Source: Chiloscyllium plagiosum (lineage: Eukaryota). Taken from it: a DNA stretch of 64,000 nucleotides. The translations under genes and the position numbers were made by a program. Numbering within the stretch: position 1 is the stretch's first letter; each line of letters begins with the position of its first letter. The notes beneath the pieces were generated by a model. That model ran no database searches and had not been told where the DNA came from. It worked only from the letters and a program-made list of their open reading frames with translations. The stretch covers positions 14,601,429-14,665,428 of the forward strand of contig NC_057749.1 of assembly GCF_004010195.1 (NCBI RefSeq), written 5' to 3'. Positions 13,000 through 25,004 of this stretch are shown piece by piece.

Positions 13000-13042
13000 T
13001 TGTTGCAATAGTTAGTAGGCACAGGTAGAGCATTGAACCCAT
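13000..13042 (-). CDS. CHRNB4: nAChR beta subunit, coding exon 1 (signal peptide MGSMLYLCLLTIAT)
   Basis: ATG in good Kozak context (gcggagATGG), hydrophobic peptide, donor A|GTAAGT in phase 1 that joins exon 2 (A+GA=Arg). Confidence 0.8.
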
Positions 13043-13450
13043 CTCCGCTGCAGACGTCCAACACTGCTCTGGACGGGACTTCCAATCATGAATTTTTTTT
13101 TGCGGGAGGATAAGTGTTTAAATAGTTAACAATCTCTGGTCAGATCAAAGGAGCCGGCAGAAAATGATTTAGAGGAGGTTAGATTCTAGGGGAGTAGGGC
13201 GTTTGATCTCGCCAATGCTTGGGAGCTGTCCGTGGTTCTGAATAAGATTTCTGGTCGAGAAAGGGACAGGCTGGAAAGTGGAGGAGGAAAGGCGTCACTC
13301 AACCGCAGGCTGCGGTACTGTGTTCATAGCATCACAGCCAGGCAGGATACATGGGTGATACAGGAGCTCAACGCAAGTTCTGCTTCTGAGTTAATAAATA
13401 TTGCCGGTCCATATCAGGTCACAGATCCCATCTTGTTAGGTCCCAAACTC
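13043..13450 (-). promoter_or_regulatory. Putative 5' UTR and proximal promoter of the nAChR gene
   Basis: Repeat-free, locally CpG-richer sequence directly upstream of exon 1; contains CCAAT (13212), RE1 and a CGTCA half-site. TSS not determinable. Confidence 0.55.
13222..13242 (-). promoter_or_regulatory. RE1/NRSE (REST-binding element)
   Basis: Minus strand reads TTCAGAACCACGGACAGCTCC versus consensus TTCAGCACCACGGACAGCGCC (19/21); about 180 bp upstream of the ATG of a neuronal gene. Confidence 0.85.
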
Positions 13451-16400
13451 TTGTACATTGTCCAATAGCTGATCTGCAACAATGGTTCTGTATATGCGTT
13501 CTGTATGAGTATTCATACTTATGGAGCTAGTTTATAAAATCGTAAAGATGAAAGGAGACCATTTGACCCATTGCTCAGATGCCAGCGCTTTGATTGTCCT
13601 TTGTCCCACTCCACCATCACCCCGCCGTTCTCCCATACAATATTTCCTCTTCAAAATCAGTGTCTATAAATCAGGCGAGCATCAACACATCTTTAGGACA
13701 TGACCCCATCCATATTTTAATAGCAGCTGGTTGAAAAAAATTATAATGTTTAAAATAAATCTGTTTTAAATTGATAAATTTCAAACCAACATGCGTTGAT
13801 TTTATTACTCAACAGGTGTGTCGGCAACTCACAATGGGGTAAATCAATTCTCCTGCCTGTACTGAAAAACCCAATTCACTAATATCATAAATGGTGATGC
13901 CTAGGTGTACAGCTTAGAATCAGCTTTAACATCTACTTCAGTTTTTTTGTTGAAGGCAGGCCTTGATCCTTCCAAGCCAAAACAGGGATCAGCCTCATGC
14001 TGTTATCTGGTCATCCAGTCAACTGTCTCTCCCTCATCCCGCAAAAAATAGCTATAGCAGCCTACATTTTTACATACACTTTGCAGTCTGGAACTATGGA
14101 TAGTGATGGTAAAGGTTATAGTGCATCTTCAATCATGTGGCTGACTGGGAATCTCTCCTACTCTTACTGCCTGATGATGGGGCATGGTGGAAGGAGTTAC
14201 AAGTTGATAACTAACCTGGTTGGCTGAATTGTGAATGCACCTTCTTTGGCTGTCAAGCCCTGGTGTGGGGCTTGCGCCAAGAACTTCTTGCTCAGAGGCA
14301 GAGCCACTACCAGTACAGCACAAGACTGCTTAACTTCTAATACAAATGGAAAATTTTGCAGATGTTCGATAAACAAAAATGCTGGCAAAACTGAGCAGGT
14401 CAGACTGAATCACAGAGTGAAAGATTAACTTTATTACCTGTTCCATGGCCACTGTATGACCTTCCGAGTATTTCCAGTGCTTTCCATTTATAAAATTCAT
14501 GCACTTCCAATTGGTCCTGCTAATAACAACATCACCTTCCAAGCACACCATACTCTTCCCGTATCTCCTGGTGAAGGCCTCAGACTCTGGATGAAATTGG
14601 TCGGTGTGGAAGAGATTTGTTATGGTAGCCAGATGCACTTCAATTTGTTTGCATTTTTATGTGCCTGAGTTGACTGAACTCGGTGTTTTATGGAACAAGA
14701 ATGGAATGAATGCAGTAAGGGTCTTTCCCATGGCTGGAGTGGGAACTTCTACCACCTACAAGGACATGGGAACACCACTTGGGAGATGTTCCAAGCCACA
14801 CATTTGGAATTATACCACAGTTCCTTCACTGTTGCTGAGTCAAAATCCTGGAGCTCCCTCCCTCACTGCTCCCAGGGTGAGTCTACACCCCAAAGACTAC
14901 AGTGGTTCAAGAAAGCAGCTCGCCACTTCTGCAGGGAATTTAGGTATGGGCAATAAATGCTGGCAAAGCCAGTAATGCCCACATCCCATGAATGAAATGT
15001 GAATAGGGAATGAAAGAGGACAAAGGGCAGGAAATAGGACATGAGGAATGTCAGATGAACCATGATTCTGTTGAATGGCAGAGCAGGCCTGAATGGCTGA
15101 ATGGTCTGCTCCTGTTACTATTTCTTAAGAGGTTTCTTAAGTTGACATGAATATATATATTATTGGCCAAAAGTAACGGAATACCTGAGAACACAGAAGC
15201 AGGATGAATTCATGTATGCCTTGAACCCGTTTCACTATTCAGTGAAATCGTGTCTGATATGCAAATTAGAAACATTGATGATAGGAGCAGAAGTAGGTCA
15301 CTGGACCCCTTGAACCTGATCTGCCATTCAAAATGATATGGCTGATCATTGAGTTCACATCCTCCCCCCTCCCCCCACCCCCCCCACCCCCTCCCAATAA
15401 TCTCTTGATCCCATTAGCCACAAGCCTTTACACATCTCATAATGTCTTTGCTGCAGCCTAACTCTACATACCTGCCTTTGCTCAGATCCTTTAGTAACTT
15501 TGACTAATAAAAATCCATCCACCTCCATTTTAAAGTTAACAATTCATGTGGTATCAATTGCTATTTGTGAAAGCAAGAGTCTTCTACCAACCTTCGTGTG
15601 ACAAAGTATTGATTAATTTTCCTCCTGAAAGATCCGACTCATTTTTGAATGTGTCTCCTAATCCTCCCCAACTCACAGAAATAGTTTCTCCCAGTCCAGC
15701 ATATATGTTTAACTTAATATCTTGAAAACTTGGTCAAATCAATCCTCAACCGTGCACTTAAATAATAACCATACTCTCCCCACATTTCCCGGTGAAGGTC
15801 TTAGAATTTGGATGAAATTGGTCAGTGTGGAAGAAATTTATTATGATAGCCAGCATGCCTTGAAATCATAACTGCCCTTCATTTCATTTATATTTTTGTG
15901 TGTTTGAGGTTGAATGAACAAGGTGTTTTATGGAACAAGAATGGGACAGGTGGAGAAAGGGTGTTGCCCCTGGCCAGACTGGGAAGGGGACTCTCAAACC
16001 CAGGAATTGTTTCAAAATAAGGGGCAAGACATTAAGGACTGAGATGAGGTGGAATTCCTTCACTGAGAGAGTGGTAGAATCTTTTGAATTCTGTACCAAA
16101 GGGGGCTGTGGGATCTCAGTTATTGAGAAAGTTCAAGATAGAAATTGATAGATTTTTAGATGCATTGAGAAATATGGGGACAGTTTTGATGTAGCTTTGA
16201 GATAGATTAACAGCTATGATTTAGAATGATGAAGCTAGTTTGAGGGTTTGAATGGACTACTCCTGCTCCTACGTTCCTTAAATTTGTTAGTTGATAATTC
16301 AAGGTTGAAATCTGTGTCAATTCTCTTTGCGTGGTGACTTTCTCAAAAATCTCCAATAAATTCCACTTTCTGATTTTCATAAAGTTGACCATCCTCCAAG

Positions 16401-16724
16401 TACATTTACAAGAGCAAGAACTGGTGCTTGATGAGAAGGCGTAGCATTGTGCAACTTTCCAAGATGGGACACTGGGCTTTCATGAGCTGAGTGTACAATA
16501 GCATTTCCACAGTATTCTGGTCAGTGCAGGAAATAATGGAACCTATCTGCTATGAAGATTACATTTAATTAGATTTTTGCTGAGTTAATTCAGAACTCAC
16601 TACAAAACCACCATATCCTTCAGTAATTTAGTTATCCTTCACAGACATTCCAATCGGGTTTTGTCAATAAAGCAGAAGTCTTGAAATATTTTACAATGCA
16701 GTTGTCCATTATAAGCTGAACGAC

Positions 16725-16825
16725 TTTAAAAATCACACAACACCAGGTTATAGTCCAACAGGTTTAATTGGAGGCACTAGCTTTCGGAGCGCTGCTCCTT
16801 CATCAGGAGGTTGTGTTCAGTTCCA
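16725..16825 (-). mobile_element. Short PLE remnant with hammerhead motif
   Basis: Minus strand CTGATGAAGGAGCAGCGCTCCGAAAGCTAGTG (16775-16806); 12-bp TSD AAGCTGAACGAC (16713-16724 and 16826-16837). Confidence 0.8.
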
Positions 16826-16964
16826 AAGCTGAACGACAGTTGATTCAACTTTATATATTGACAAATGATGTAGTCAAGAGAATCAAGGTTGAGACTCATT
16901 CTGTTGCAACACTATAGCCCCAGTTTTATCTAGGAGATATTGGGAAGGTGTAAACTATAGAGCA

Positions 16965-17285
16965 CTAAGGAGCTAATCCCTTCCCCCTCTGACTCAGAAG
17001 GTCAAGAGTTCAGGTCCCAGTTTGGAGTCTTGAATGACAAACTAATACATTTTGTGACAGAGTGCTCAACTGTTTGAAGTGTTGTCTCTTTATTCCTGAT
17101 GAAGGGCTTTTGCCCGTAACGTCAATTTCGCTGCCCGTCGGATGCTGCCTGAATTGCTGTGCTCTTCCAGCACCATTGATCCAGAATCTGGTTTCCAGCA
17201 ACTGCAATTATTGTTTTTACCTCTCAAATGAACCGTTAAACCAAAATCCCAACTGTCTTTTCAGTTGGATGTAAAAGTTCTCATG
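16965..17285 (+). mobile_element. Decayed DeuSINE/SacSINE1-like element interrupted by a PLE tail (17092-17220)
   Basis: tRNA-like head, then CGTTAAACC...GGATGTAAAAG resembling the Deu domain (from memory of the family). The insert carries CTGATGAAGGGCTTTTGCCCGTAACGTC. Confidence 0.5.
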
Positions 17286-17744
17286 TTGTAGAGAGTTGCA
17301 CAATTGTTTTGATACAGAACAAGGCCATTTGGCCCATCATGTCTGCACTGGCTCTCCTAGCATTCTGACCTATTGCTAATCACTTGCCTCTTCCCCATTA
17401 ACCTGCAACCTGTTTTGTGGTGTTTGCTATATTCTGTCCATTATTCCGATGCATACTGGAGGGCAAATAACACTGTTGTCCTGTAGACCATGGGTTTGGT
17501 GTTATGTTTGATATCTTTGTCATCAAAACGCTTCTTTTCTCAGGCCACTGAAGGCTGTGTTGCCTCTCCAAAGGAAGTGTTCATTTTCATTCTCAATGTC
17601 TGCCCTTGCCGAGAGGAGGTTCCCAATAAAAAGATATTCTTAAAAAATTAACCATGATGTCCACGAATCTTGATAGTCGAGGGCAGTGTTGCATGGCAGA
17701 AGCAGGCCGGGAAATGACTCTTAAAGGACCTTTGTCTCTTTTGT

Positions 17745-18075
17745 TATTAATTCATGAGATGAGGGCACCGCTGGCTAAGCAGCATTTATTCCCCATCTCT
17801 AATTGCCCAAGGATCAGTTAAGACTCAGTCACATTGCTGTGGATCGGGAGTCACTTGTATACCAGAACAGGTAAGGATGAGAGTTTCCTTCCCTAAAGGA
17901 CATTAGTGAACCAGATGGGTTTTTCTGAAAATCAACAATGGGCTTGTTGTCAATTCCAGATTTTTTTAAATGACTTCAAAATCCCCCATCTGCCAGGACA
18001 GGATTTGAACCTGTGTCTCAGAATGTTATCTGGGTCTCTGGAATAACAATCCAGTGATAATGCCACTAGGTCTCC
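17745..18075 (-). mobile_element. Head+tail SINE-like derivative of the tRNA-headed LINE
   Basis: Reverse complement matches 9080-9420 and 30162-30450. Confidence 0.7.
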
Positions 18076-18099
18076 CCAGATGTAATGTTTAACTTGAAG

Positions 18100-18450
18100 C
18101 CCCTCCATTCTTCCATATGCCTCCATAAGTGCATCAACAATGGCATGGATCATGGTTTCTGAGTCTGTGCACACACCAGCCATGTCCCACGCTGCAGCTC
18201 AGTAATAGAGATTGTGATTGTCTTGGTATGGATGGCAGGCAATGAAGGTTCAACAGTTTCCCACTTGTCCTGTAGAGATCTCCACTGCCTTGTGGAATGT
18301 CATGAATATGTGGTGATGTTGTGGTGAGAAAAATGCAGAAGAGCATTGGTGCAATGATGCTGTTTTGTTTGACCCTGGGCTGCACTTGTATTGGGTCTGT
18401 GGTGGATTTGTTGGCGAGGATCACACTTTTATATCCAGACGACAAGCGCT
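18100..18450 (-). mobile_element. RTE-clade RT fragment
   Basis: Peptide ...PRVKQNSIIAPMLFCIF... followed by YRTSGKLLNL. Confidence 0.65.
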
Positions 18451-20940
18451 CAGCTCAGACTGTAACCCTCATTCATTTTCGAAATGATTGGATTGCCCAG
18501 GCATCTGGTTATTGTACACGATAAATACAATTCAATTCAAAATATAAACACAGGGCTTAACAGCACAACATCTTAGGTCAGTGTGCAGTGCCTCAATTAT
18601 TCCAAACCTTCTAACCCATTTGACTTGAAGGCTACACTTAGTCAACAATACTTAGGGAGACCAATTAGCAATATATATATAATATATATAATATGTATGT
18701 GTGTATGTGTATGTATAATCAAATGAATCACATTTCAATACAGTACACTAATATTCAAGATATTACAGGCATTGAGTCAAGACCAAATGTTGTTTTCAGA
18801 TGAGGTGGGGTTTTGGGTCCAGGGTGTTACTGATCCTGGGCTCACAAATGTGATTCAATCTCCGTTTTAAAGTTGGTCATCAGAACCTTATTTTTATTTT
18901 TCCAAGATATAATACTGTGGCCACATCTATAATGAAAACTGCCTTTAGAATCATGGAATAATACTGCATACAGGGAGGCCACTTGGCCCATTGTGAAAGA
19001 GCTACCCAATGTATACAATGTCATTTTAAAGTTATAATCAAAATTGTTTTTGATTCCTTAATCTGATTATTCCAGATTATAACTTCCAGTTAACTCCAGT
19101 TTACATGAGTTTACTATCTCTCACCGATGCTTTTATCATTTATCTCTACTGGTCCAAGCATGTAATTGCAAAGTGATATAATTATATAGGGGTCTCAATT
19201 ATAAAAGTGGACAGAGGGATTTACAGAAGAAAGAAGATAACAGATGTGAAGTCAAAATGCATCAATTTGAGGCATTAACAACAAAACTGGGTTAATTCCT
19301 CAAATGATAGTGGAAAGAACTTCAGATGAAGGCACTATTTGACTTCAGGGATATCGTAAAGTGATTCCACTTTAAACTCGCACAAAGGCAGAAAGACGTT
19401 TCTGGAATTCCACAGGCAAATTTTCATGACTGTGATTCAATTAGTATAATCCTGTTGAAAGTAATATTCAGCATTCATTTCCAGGCCAGTGGTTGCTAAT
19501 GACTTGCCAATTACTCTGTTTACAGGATAATGGTCTCCTGTTTTCATAGCGACAATATTTAACCCTATGCATCCTGAACCTTTTGCTTTCATCGTGGACT
19601 CTGGGATCTGGGCTGTGGCCCGGAGGAATTCCAAGGCTGAAAGTGATGGGAGAGTTAAAAGGGTAAATTGATAGTGGATAAATGATGCTGAACCTGAATT
19701 TTTAAGAGTCCTTGGATAATTTAAAATGCCTCACAGTCAACAGAATACTTTAGTGGTGCTGTAATTGTTGCATTGTAGGAAGCGCAGCAGTCAATTTGCG
19801 CACAGCAAGATCCCACAAGCAATCAATGTGTTCGCTACCTGTTAACCTGCTTCCATTGCTGCTGATGAAGGATAAACATTCACGAACACCACACCTCCCC
19901 TCTTGCTTTCTTTGACTCCCCAATCTGAAAAAGTAGTTTTTCTGTCTCTTGTTTATCAAATCCTTCAAATATAGTTCACATCATCATTACTCTTTAGGTT
20001 TCTGTCTTCAGTGGACTATGAGCCAAGTCATCAATGTACCAAAAAGACTCCAGATAGATGGTAATGTCTAACCCCATGTTCTGCAGAAAGGCATAAAAGT
20101 ATGAATGTGGATTTTAAAAATCAAATCTGTACCAAGCTGTTAAAAAGGAGGGAGTAATTAACTAGAAGGACATCTGCTTCCCTGATTGCTGGTGGCTACC
20201 CACAGGGACAGTCTTTCCCTTTAAAAAACAGTCTGACTGAGGCAAGGACTGTGCACAGCGCAGATCGATTCCCTGAAGGCATGGCCATCTGGTTCAAAGA
20301 AAGACAATGCCATCTGTTCAACCCAAAGGAGTTCCATGCTTTAGGAATGCCTTGCCCATCGATATTTAAATGCCACAAAGAAGCTGATTCTGAAGAAGAA
20401 TCATCTTGGACTCGGAAAATTAACTCTGTTTCTCTCACCAGAGGTGCTGTCAGACCTGCTGTGATTTTCCCGCACTCTTCTGTTTTTACTTCAGACATCC
20501 AACATGCGCAGCATCATGCTTTTGTTTTGGGTTAGTCTGTATTTGTTTGTAATTTTCCATTCCAGTTTGAGTTTGGAAAACTGTAGGAAGTGCCAACATC
20601 ATGTAAACCCACCTGAAATTCTTGAAATGTATTCTTCAGTAACATCAATAAAAATAGATGAGCAGATTTCTAACTCATTGCTGCTTGTGGGGTCTTCCTG
20701 CATTTACTACAATGCAACAATTACAGCATTGCATGGGATACCTTGATGTTAAAAACAGAATGCAGAGTGAAAGAAGCCTCCCTATCCCTGTCAACTGTAC
20801 CCTTCATTGAATCATTCCCAAAGGTTGTTTGAAAAGAAGAGACTATTTGTGTTTTACACCCAAGGATACATCATATCCTTCAAAAGCTATCATCACTCAA
20901 TGTGTAAACCCAAGAATTGTAAACAAATGTGAAGAGCTAT

Positions 20941-21568
20941 TGTTATGGACCAGACCAAATCTCATCAAAACATATCAAGGAGATAGCCTAGCTCCTAATT
21001 TGCATCGTATTTAAAGGCAAGTATAGGGTGCTGCATTAATGATGTGATTTGATTGGTTAAACTACTAGACTTTAAGCAAAACACATTTTATTTTTGCACC
21101 ACAGTTAAATAAACAAAAAAATCATAATTGGCTATATTTAACTCTATTGAAACACTCAAGAGAATAATATATTATTTAGCTATTACTCATCAACTGTTCC
21201 AATATAGCAGCATCTTATAAACATACCCATTTCAAAGGCAAATTCAGGAAAAAAGATTTCCCTCACCTGCAATCTCCTCCAGGCCAGGAAAAGGAACACC
21301 AAGAAAAGGAATCCAGCAGTACAGAGAGAGAGAGAGAGAGAGGTGTATCTAGCAGCTTCAACTCTAAACACCCAACTTCAACAACTGAAAGCAAAATTAA
21401 AACCCTGGGGCTGTGTGAGTCTGACTCCATCCACTCATGCTTTCCTTGACTGTTTTTTTTTTAATCCAAAGCTATTTACTCTGCTTTCCCATGGAACAGA
21501 CACATTGACCAGATTTACAACAGCCCTCTTCAAGAGAAACAGGAGTATTAAAGGCAAATATCATCACA
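20941..21568. mobile_element. Probable LTR (TG...CA)
   Basis: Starts TGTTATGGACCAGACC, ends CATCACA; a related inverted copy lies at ~38790-39375; adjacent to a Gypsy integrase fragment. No clear TSD. Confidence 0.5.
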
Positions 21569-22276
21569 AGACGCAAAACACATCATACTGAAAATCCTAC
21601 TGCCTTGTCTATAACTAGGCCACGACTAACTCTTCATTAACTAGAATCATAGTCATGTAGCACGGAAACAGACCCTTTGTTCCAATGCATCCATTGGCCC
21701 ACAAGCATCATAAACTAAATTAGCTCCATTTTCCTGCACTTGGCCGATATCCTTCTAAAACTTTCCTATTCACGTANNNNNNNNNNNNNNNNNNNNNNNN
21801 NNNNNNNNNNNNNNNNNNNNNNNNNNNNNNNNNNNNNNNNNNNNNNNNNNNNNNNNNNNNNNNNNNNNNNNNNNNNNNNNNNNNNNNNNNNNNNNNNNNN
21901 NNNNNNNNNNNNNNNNNNNNNNNNNNNNNNNNNNNNNNNNNNNNNNNNNNNNNNNNNNNNNNNNNNNNNNNNNNNNNNNNNNNNNNNNNNNNNNNNNNNN
22001 NNNNNNNNNNNNNNNNNNNNNNNNNNNNNNNNNNNNNNNNNNNNNNNNNNNNNNNNNNNNNNNNNNNNNNNNNNNNNNNNNNNNNNNNNNNNNNNNNNNN
22101 NNNNNNNNNNNNNNNNNNNNNNNNNNNNNNNNNNNNNNNNNNNNNNNNNNNNNNNNNNNNNNNNNNNNNNNNNNNNNNNNNNNNNNNNNNNNNNNNNNNN
22201 NNNNNNNNNNNNNNNNNNNNNNNNNNNNNNNNNNNNNNNNNNNNNNNNNNNNNNNNNNNNNNNNNNNNNNNNNNNN

Positions 22277-22940
22277 ATGCAGAGGAGAAATGGGCCAAAG
22301 TGCACCAGATTGAGTTGCCAGTAGCATACAGACAGGCGGTGTTATGGTTAGCACATGAACTACCTGTAGGAGGTTAGCTAGGGGTACGAAAGACTCAGGC
22401 TAAGGTACAAAAACATTTTTATTGGCCTGGAATGCATAAAGATGTGGTTAACATTTGCTGTACGTGTCATACATGCCAAATGGTAGGTAAGCCACAGGTG
22501 GGAATTAAACCAGCCCCTTTGTTGCCAATTCCCGCATTTGAAGAACCTTTCACATGGGTTATAATTGATTGTGTAGGTCCCTTCCCGAGAGCTAAAAGTG
22601 GGAACCAGTACTTGTTAACAATAATGGATATTTCTACCAGATTTCCAGAGGCAATTCCATTACGGAGTATTATGGCAAAAAGGGTAGTAGAGGAGTTAGT
22701 AGCTTTCTTCGCATGGTATGGGCTACCCAGAGAGATTCAGTCAGACCAAGCGTCAAATTTTATGGCTAGGCTATTTAAGGAGGTCATGGATAGCTTAGGT
22801 GTACAGTTTAAATCCTGAATCCCATGGAGCTTTAGAAAGGTGGCATCAGACCTTGAAGACCATGTTGAGAGCATACTGTCAGGATTACCCAAATGATTGG
22901 GATAAAGGTATCCCATGCATATTGTTTGCTATTAGAGATG
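22277..22940 (+). mobile_element. Gypsy (Gmr1-like) integrase fragment
   Basis: FYWPGMHKDVVNICCTCHTCQ zinc motif and DDE core IIDCVGP...SDQASNF...ALERWHQTLK; frameshifted near 22810. Confidence 0.88.
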
Positions 22941-23984
22941 CAAGGGCAGTAAATGCATGGGAACACCAGCATCTTCACCTTCTCCTCCTTACCATCCTGA
23001 CTTGAAAATGTATCACTGCTCCTTCACTGCCACTGGGTCATCTTTAAACAGAACTTGTGGGTGTCTCTACAACACACAGGCTATAGCGGTTCAAGAGGCA
23101 ACTTTCCATCACCATCTCCAGGGCAATTAAGGGATGAGCAATAAAAGTGACCGTGCCGGTAATACTCACATTCCAAAAAATATAAAATATTTCGAACCCA
23201 GTTAGGAATGTTAATAATGATCTTGAGGTTCTCTGTGTCTGGGCAGTGTACGTTGGCATTAATCCAGATGGAAAGACAATGCTGGCATTTTGAGCAGCTC
23301 TGGCATCAATCACACCACAATGAGCCATCAGTTACAAAAACTCAAAGCTCTTCATGGTGACCTTAGCCAGTGCAGGAACTAAACCCACACTGTTGTGATC
23401 ATTCTGTATCACAATCAGCCATCCAGCCAACTGAGCTAACCAAGCTTGCAGCTTGTTGCAATGGTTCCACTTCAGAGTGAATATGACGTAGCTTATAAAA
23501 CATTAATCAAACTGATTACTTTCCACTTGTCCGATGTTGTGGCACCAGTCTAAGAGTGAGTGTGATCCTATAGTGCACAGTCCCTGTGAAACGTCTTGCA
23601 GTTTTAAAGTGTATGTGGGGAAATATAAATCAAAGTTCTTCCTTTTTGTTGCGGATAAAATTAGATATGTTATGATAATTGATTTGTTAAATAATTTGCG
23701 ATATTATCTTTATGTAACTCAGCTAAATTTAGAAAACTGGCTAAGATTGGTACAACTTCTAAGTTTTTCAGAAGAATAAACATAATTTGGGTGGGCTCTA
23801 ACAAATTCTGACTTTGCATTAGAAAAGATAAGAGCAAAAGTAATAGCATACATCTGTACTCACAATGTATTCACATCTGTATTCAGAGCAGACATTTACA
23901 AAAAATGGTTATCCTTTAACCACCGTTCCTTTCTTTAAAATGAAATACTATTATCTGCCTAATGTGGACCTAGTTTTTGTAACT

Positions 23985-24255
23985 AGGTGGCTCAGTGGCT
24001 TGCACTGCTACCTCACAGCACCAGGGTTCCAGGTTTGATTCCAGCCTCGGGCAACTGTCTGTGTAGTGTTTGCACATTCTGCCCGTGTCTATGTGGGTTT
24101 CCTCCCACAGTCCAAAAATATGCAGGTCAGGTGAATTGGCCATGCTAAATTGCCCATTGTGTTAGGTGCATTAGTCAGAGGGAAATGGTCTGGGTGGGTT
24201 GCTCTTCAGAGGGTCGGTGTGGACTGTTTCCGCACTGCATGGAATCTAATCTAAT
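23985..24255 (+). mobile_element. HE1-like SINE
   Basis: GGTGGCTCAGTGG...GGTTTGATTCC head and AATCT tail repeats. Confidence 0.75.
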
Positions 24256-25004
24256 CAACTGAAGTACAAAACCATTAAACCTTAAGCATTGGTTTTCTGA
24301 TCAAAATAATGAGACTAATCATAACAGGAACTGGCAACTTTCCATGTCCAAGGTGCTGTTTATTCCAATGAGATATTAAACCATTCTTTTGGTTTCAGCT
24401 GAGAAACTTAAAGCTCAATCCAAAGGAGAGTTCTAACTCAATGTTCCTTCACCATCTCTCACTTTCTATTCTCCTCCACACCTTCACATTTAATTCCATA
24501 TCTCCTCCTCAGACTATCTTCAGTTGAAAGGATTAGTGGAGTGATCCATGGGACCAGTCAAACAGGGTCCACTAGCAATGTTCTTTGTGGCTGTGATATT
24601 TACCAGCTCCAAGTTCAGCCTGTCCCTCGCTTTGCTCATTTTTCAGTATCTAATTTATTTTCTCTATTGCTGTTAAAATCCATGCAAAGGTAATGGCTTG
24701 AAAGCTATGTTTCAGTGTAATGGATGTTGAAGAGTGCCGCTTTATGAAAAAAGGATGTTAATGTAATCGCACAGTGCAGTAATTCATAATAGTAATCACT
24801 TCACTGGCATCACTGACCTTGGCTTCTTAATGAGGCTACATTTGTGTTATTACTTAATTAAAAAGTTTGGCTATTTTTCCATAATATATTCTGTAATTTC
24901 TTTTTAACAGTGCAGATGATGAAAGTGTTACCATAAGGGGAAATGACCTAATTGTGTTTGTGAGCTATCTCCTGATGCATTACCTGGTGTGCAGCCACAC
25001 CTCA

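Noticed and set aside
22277..22940. Domesticated integrase gene
   Set aside because: Frameshifted, truncated by a LINE tail and without evident exon structure.
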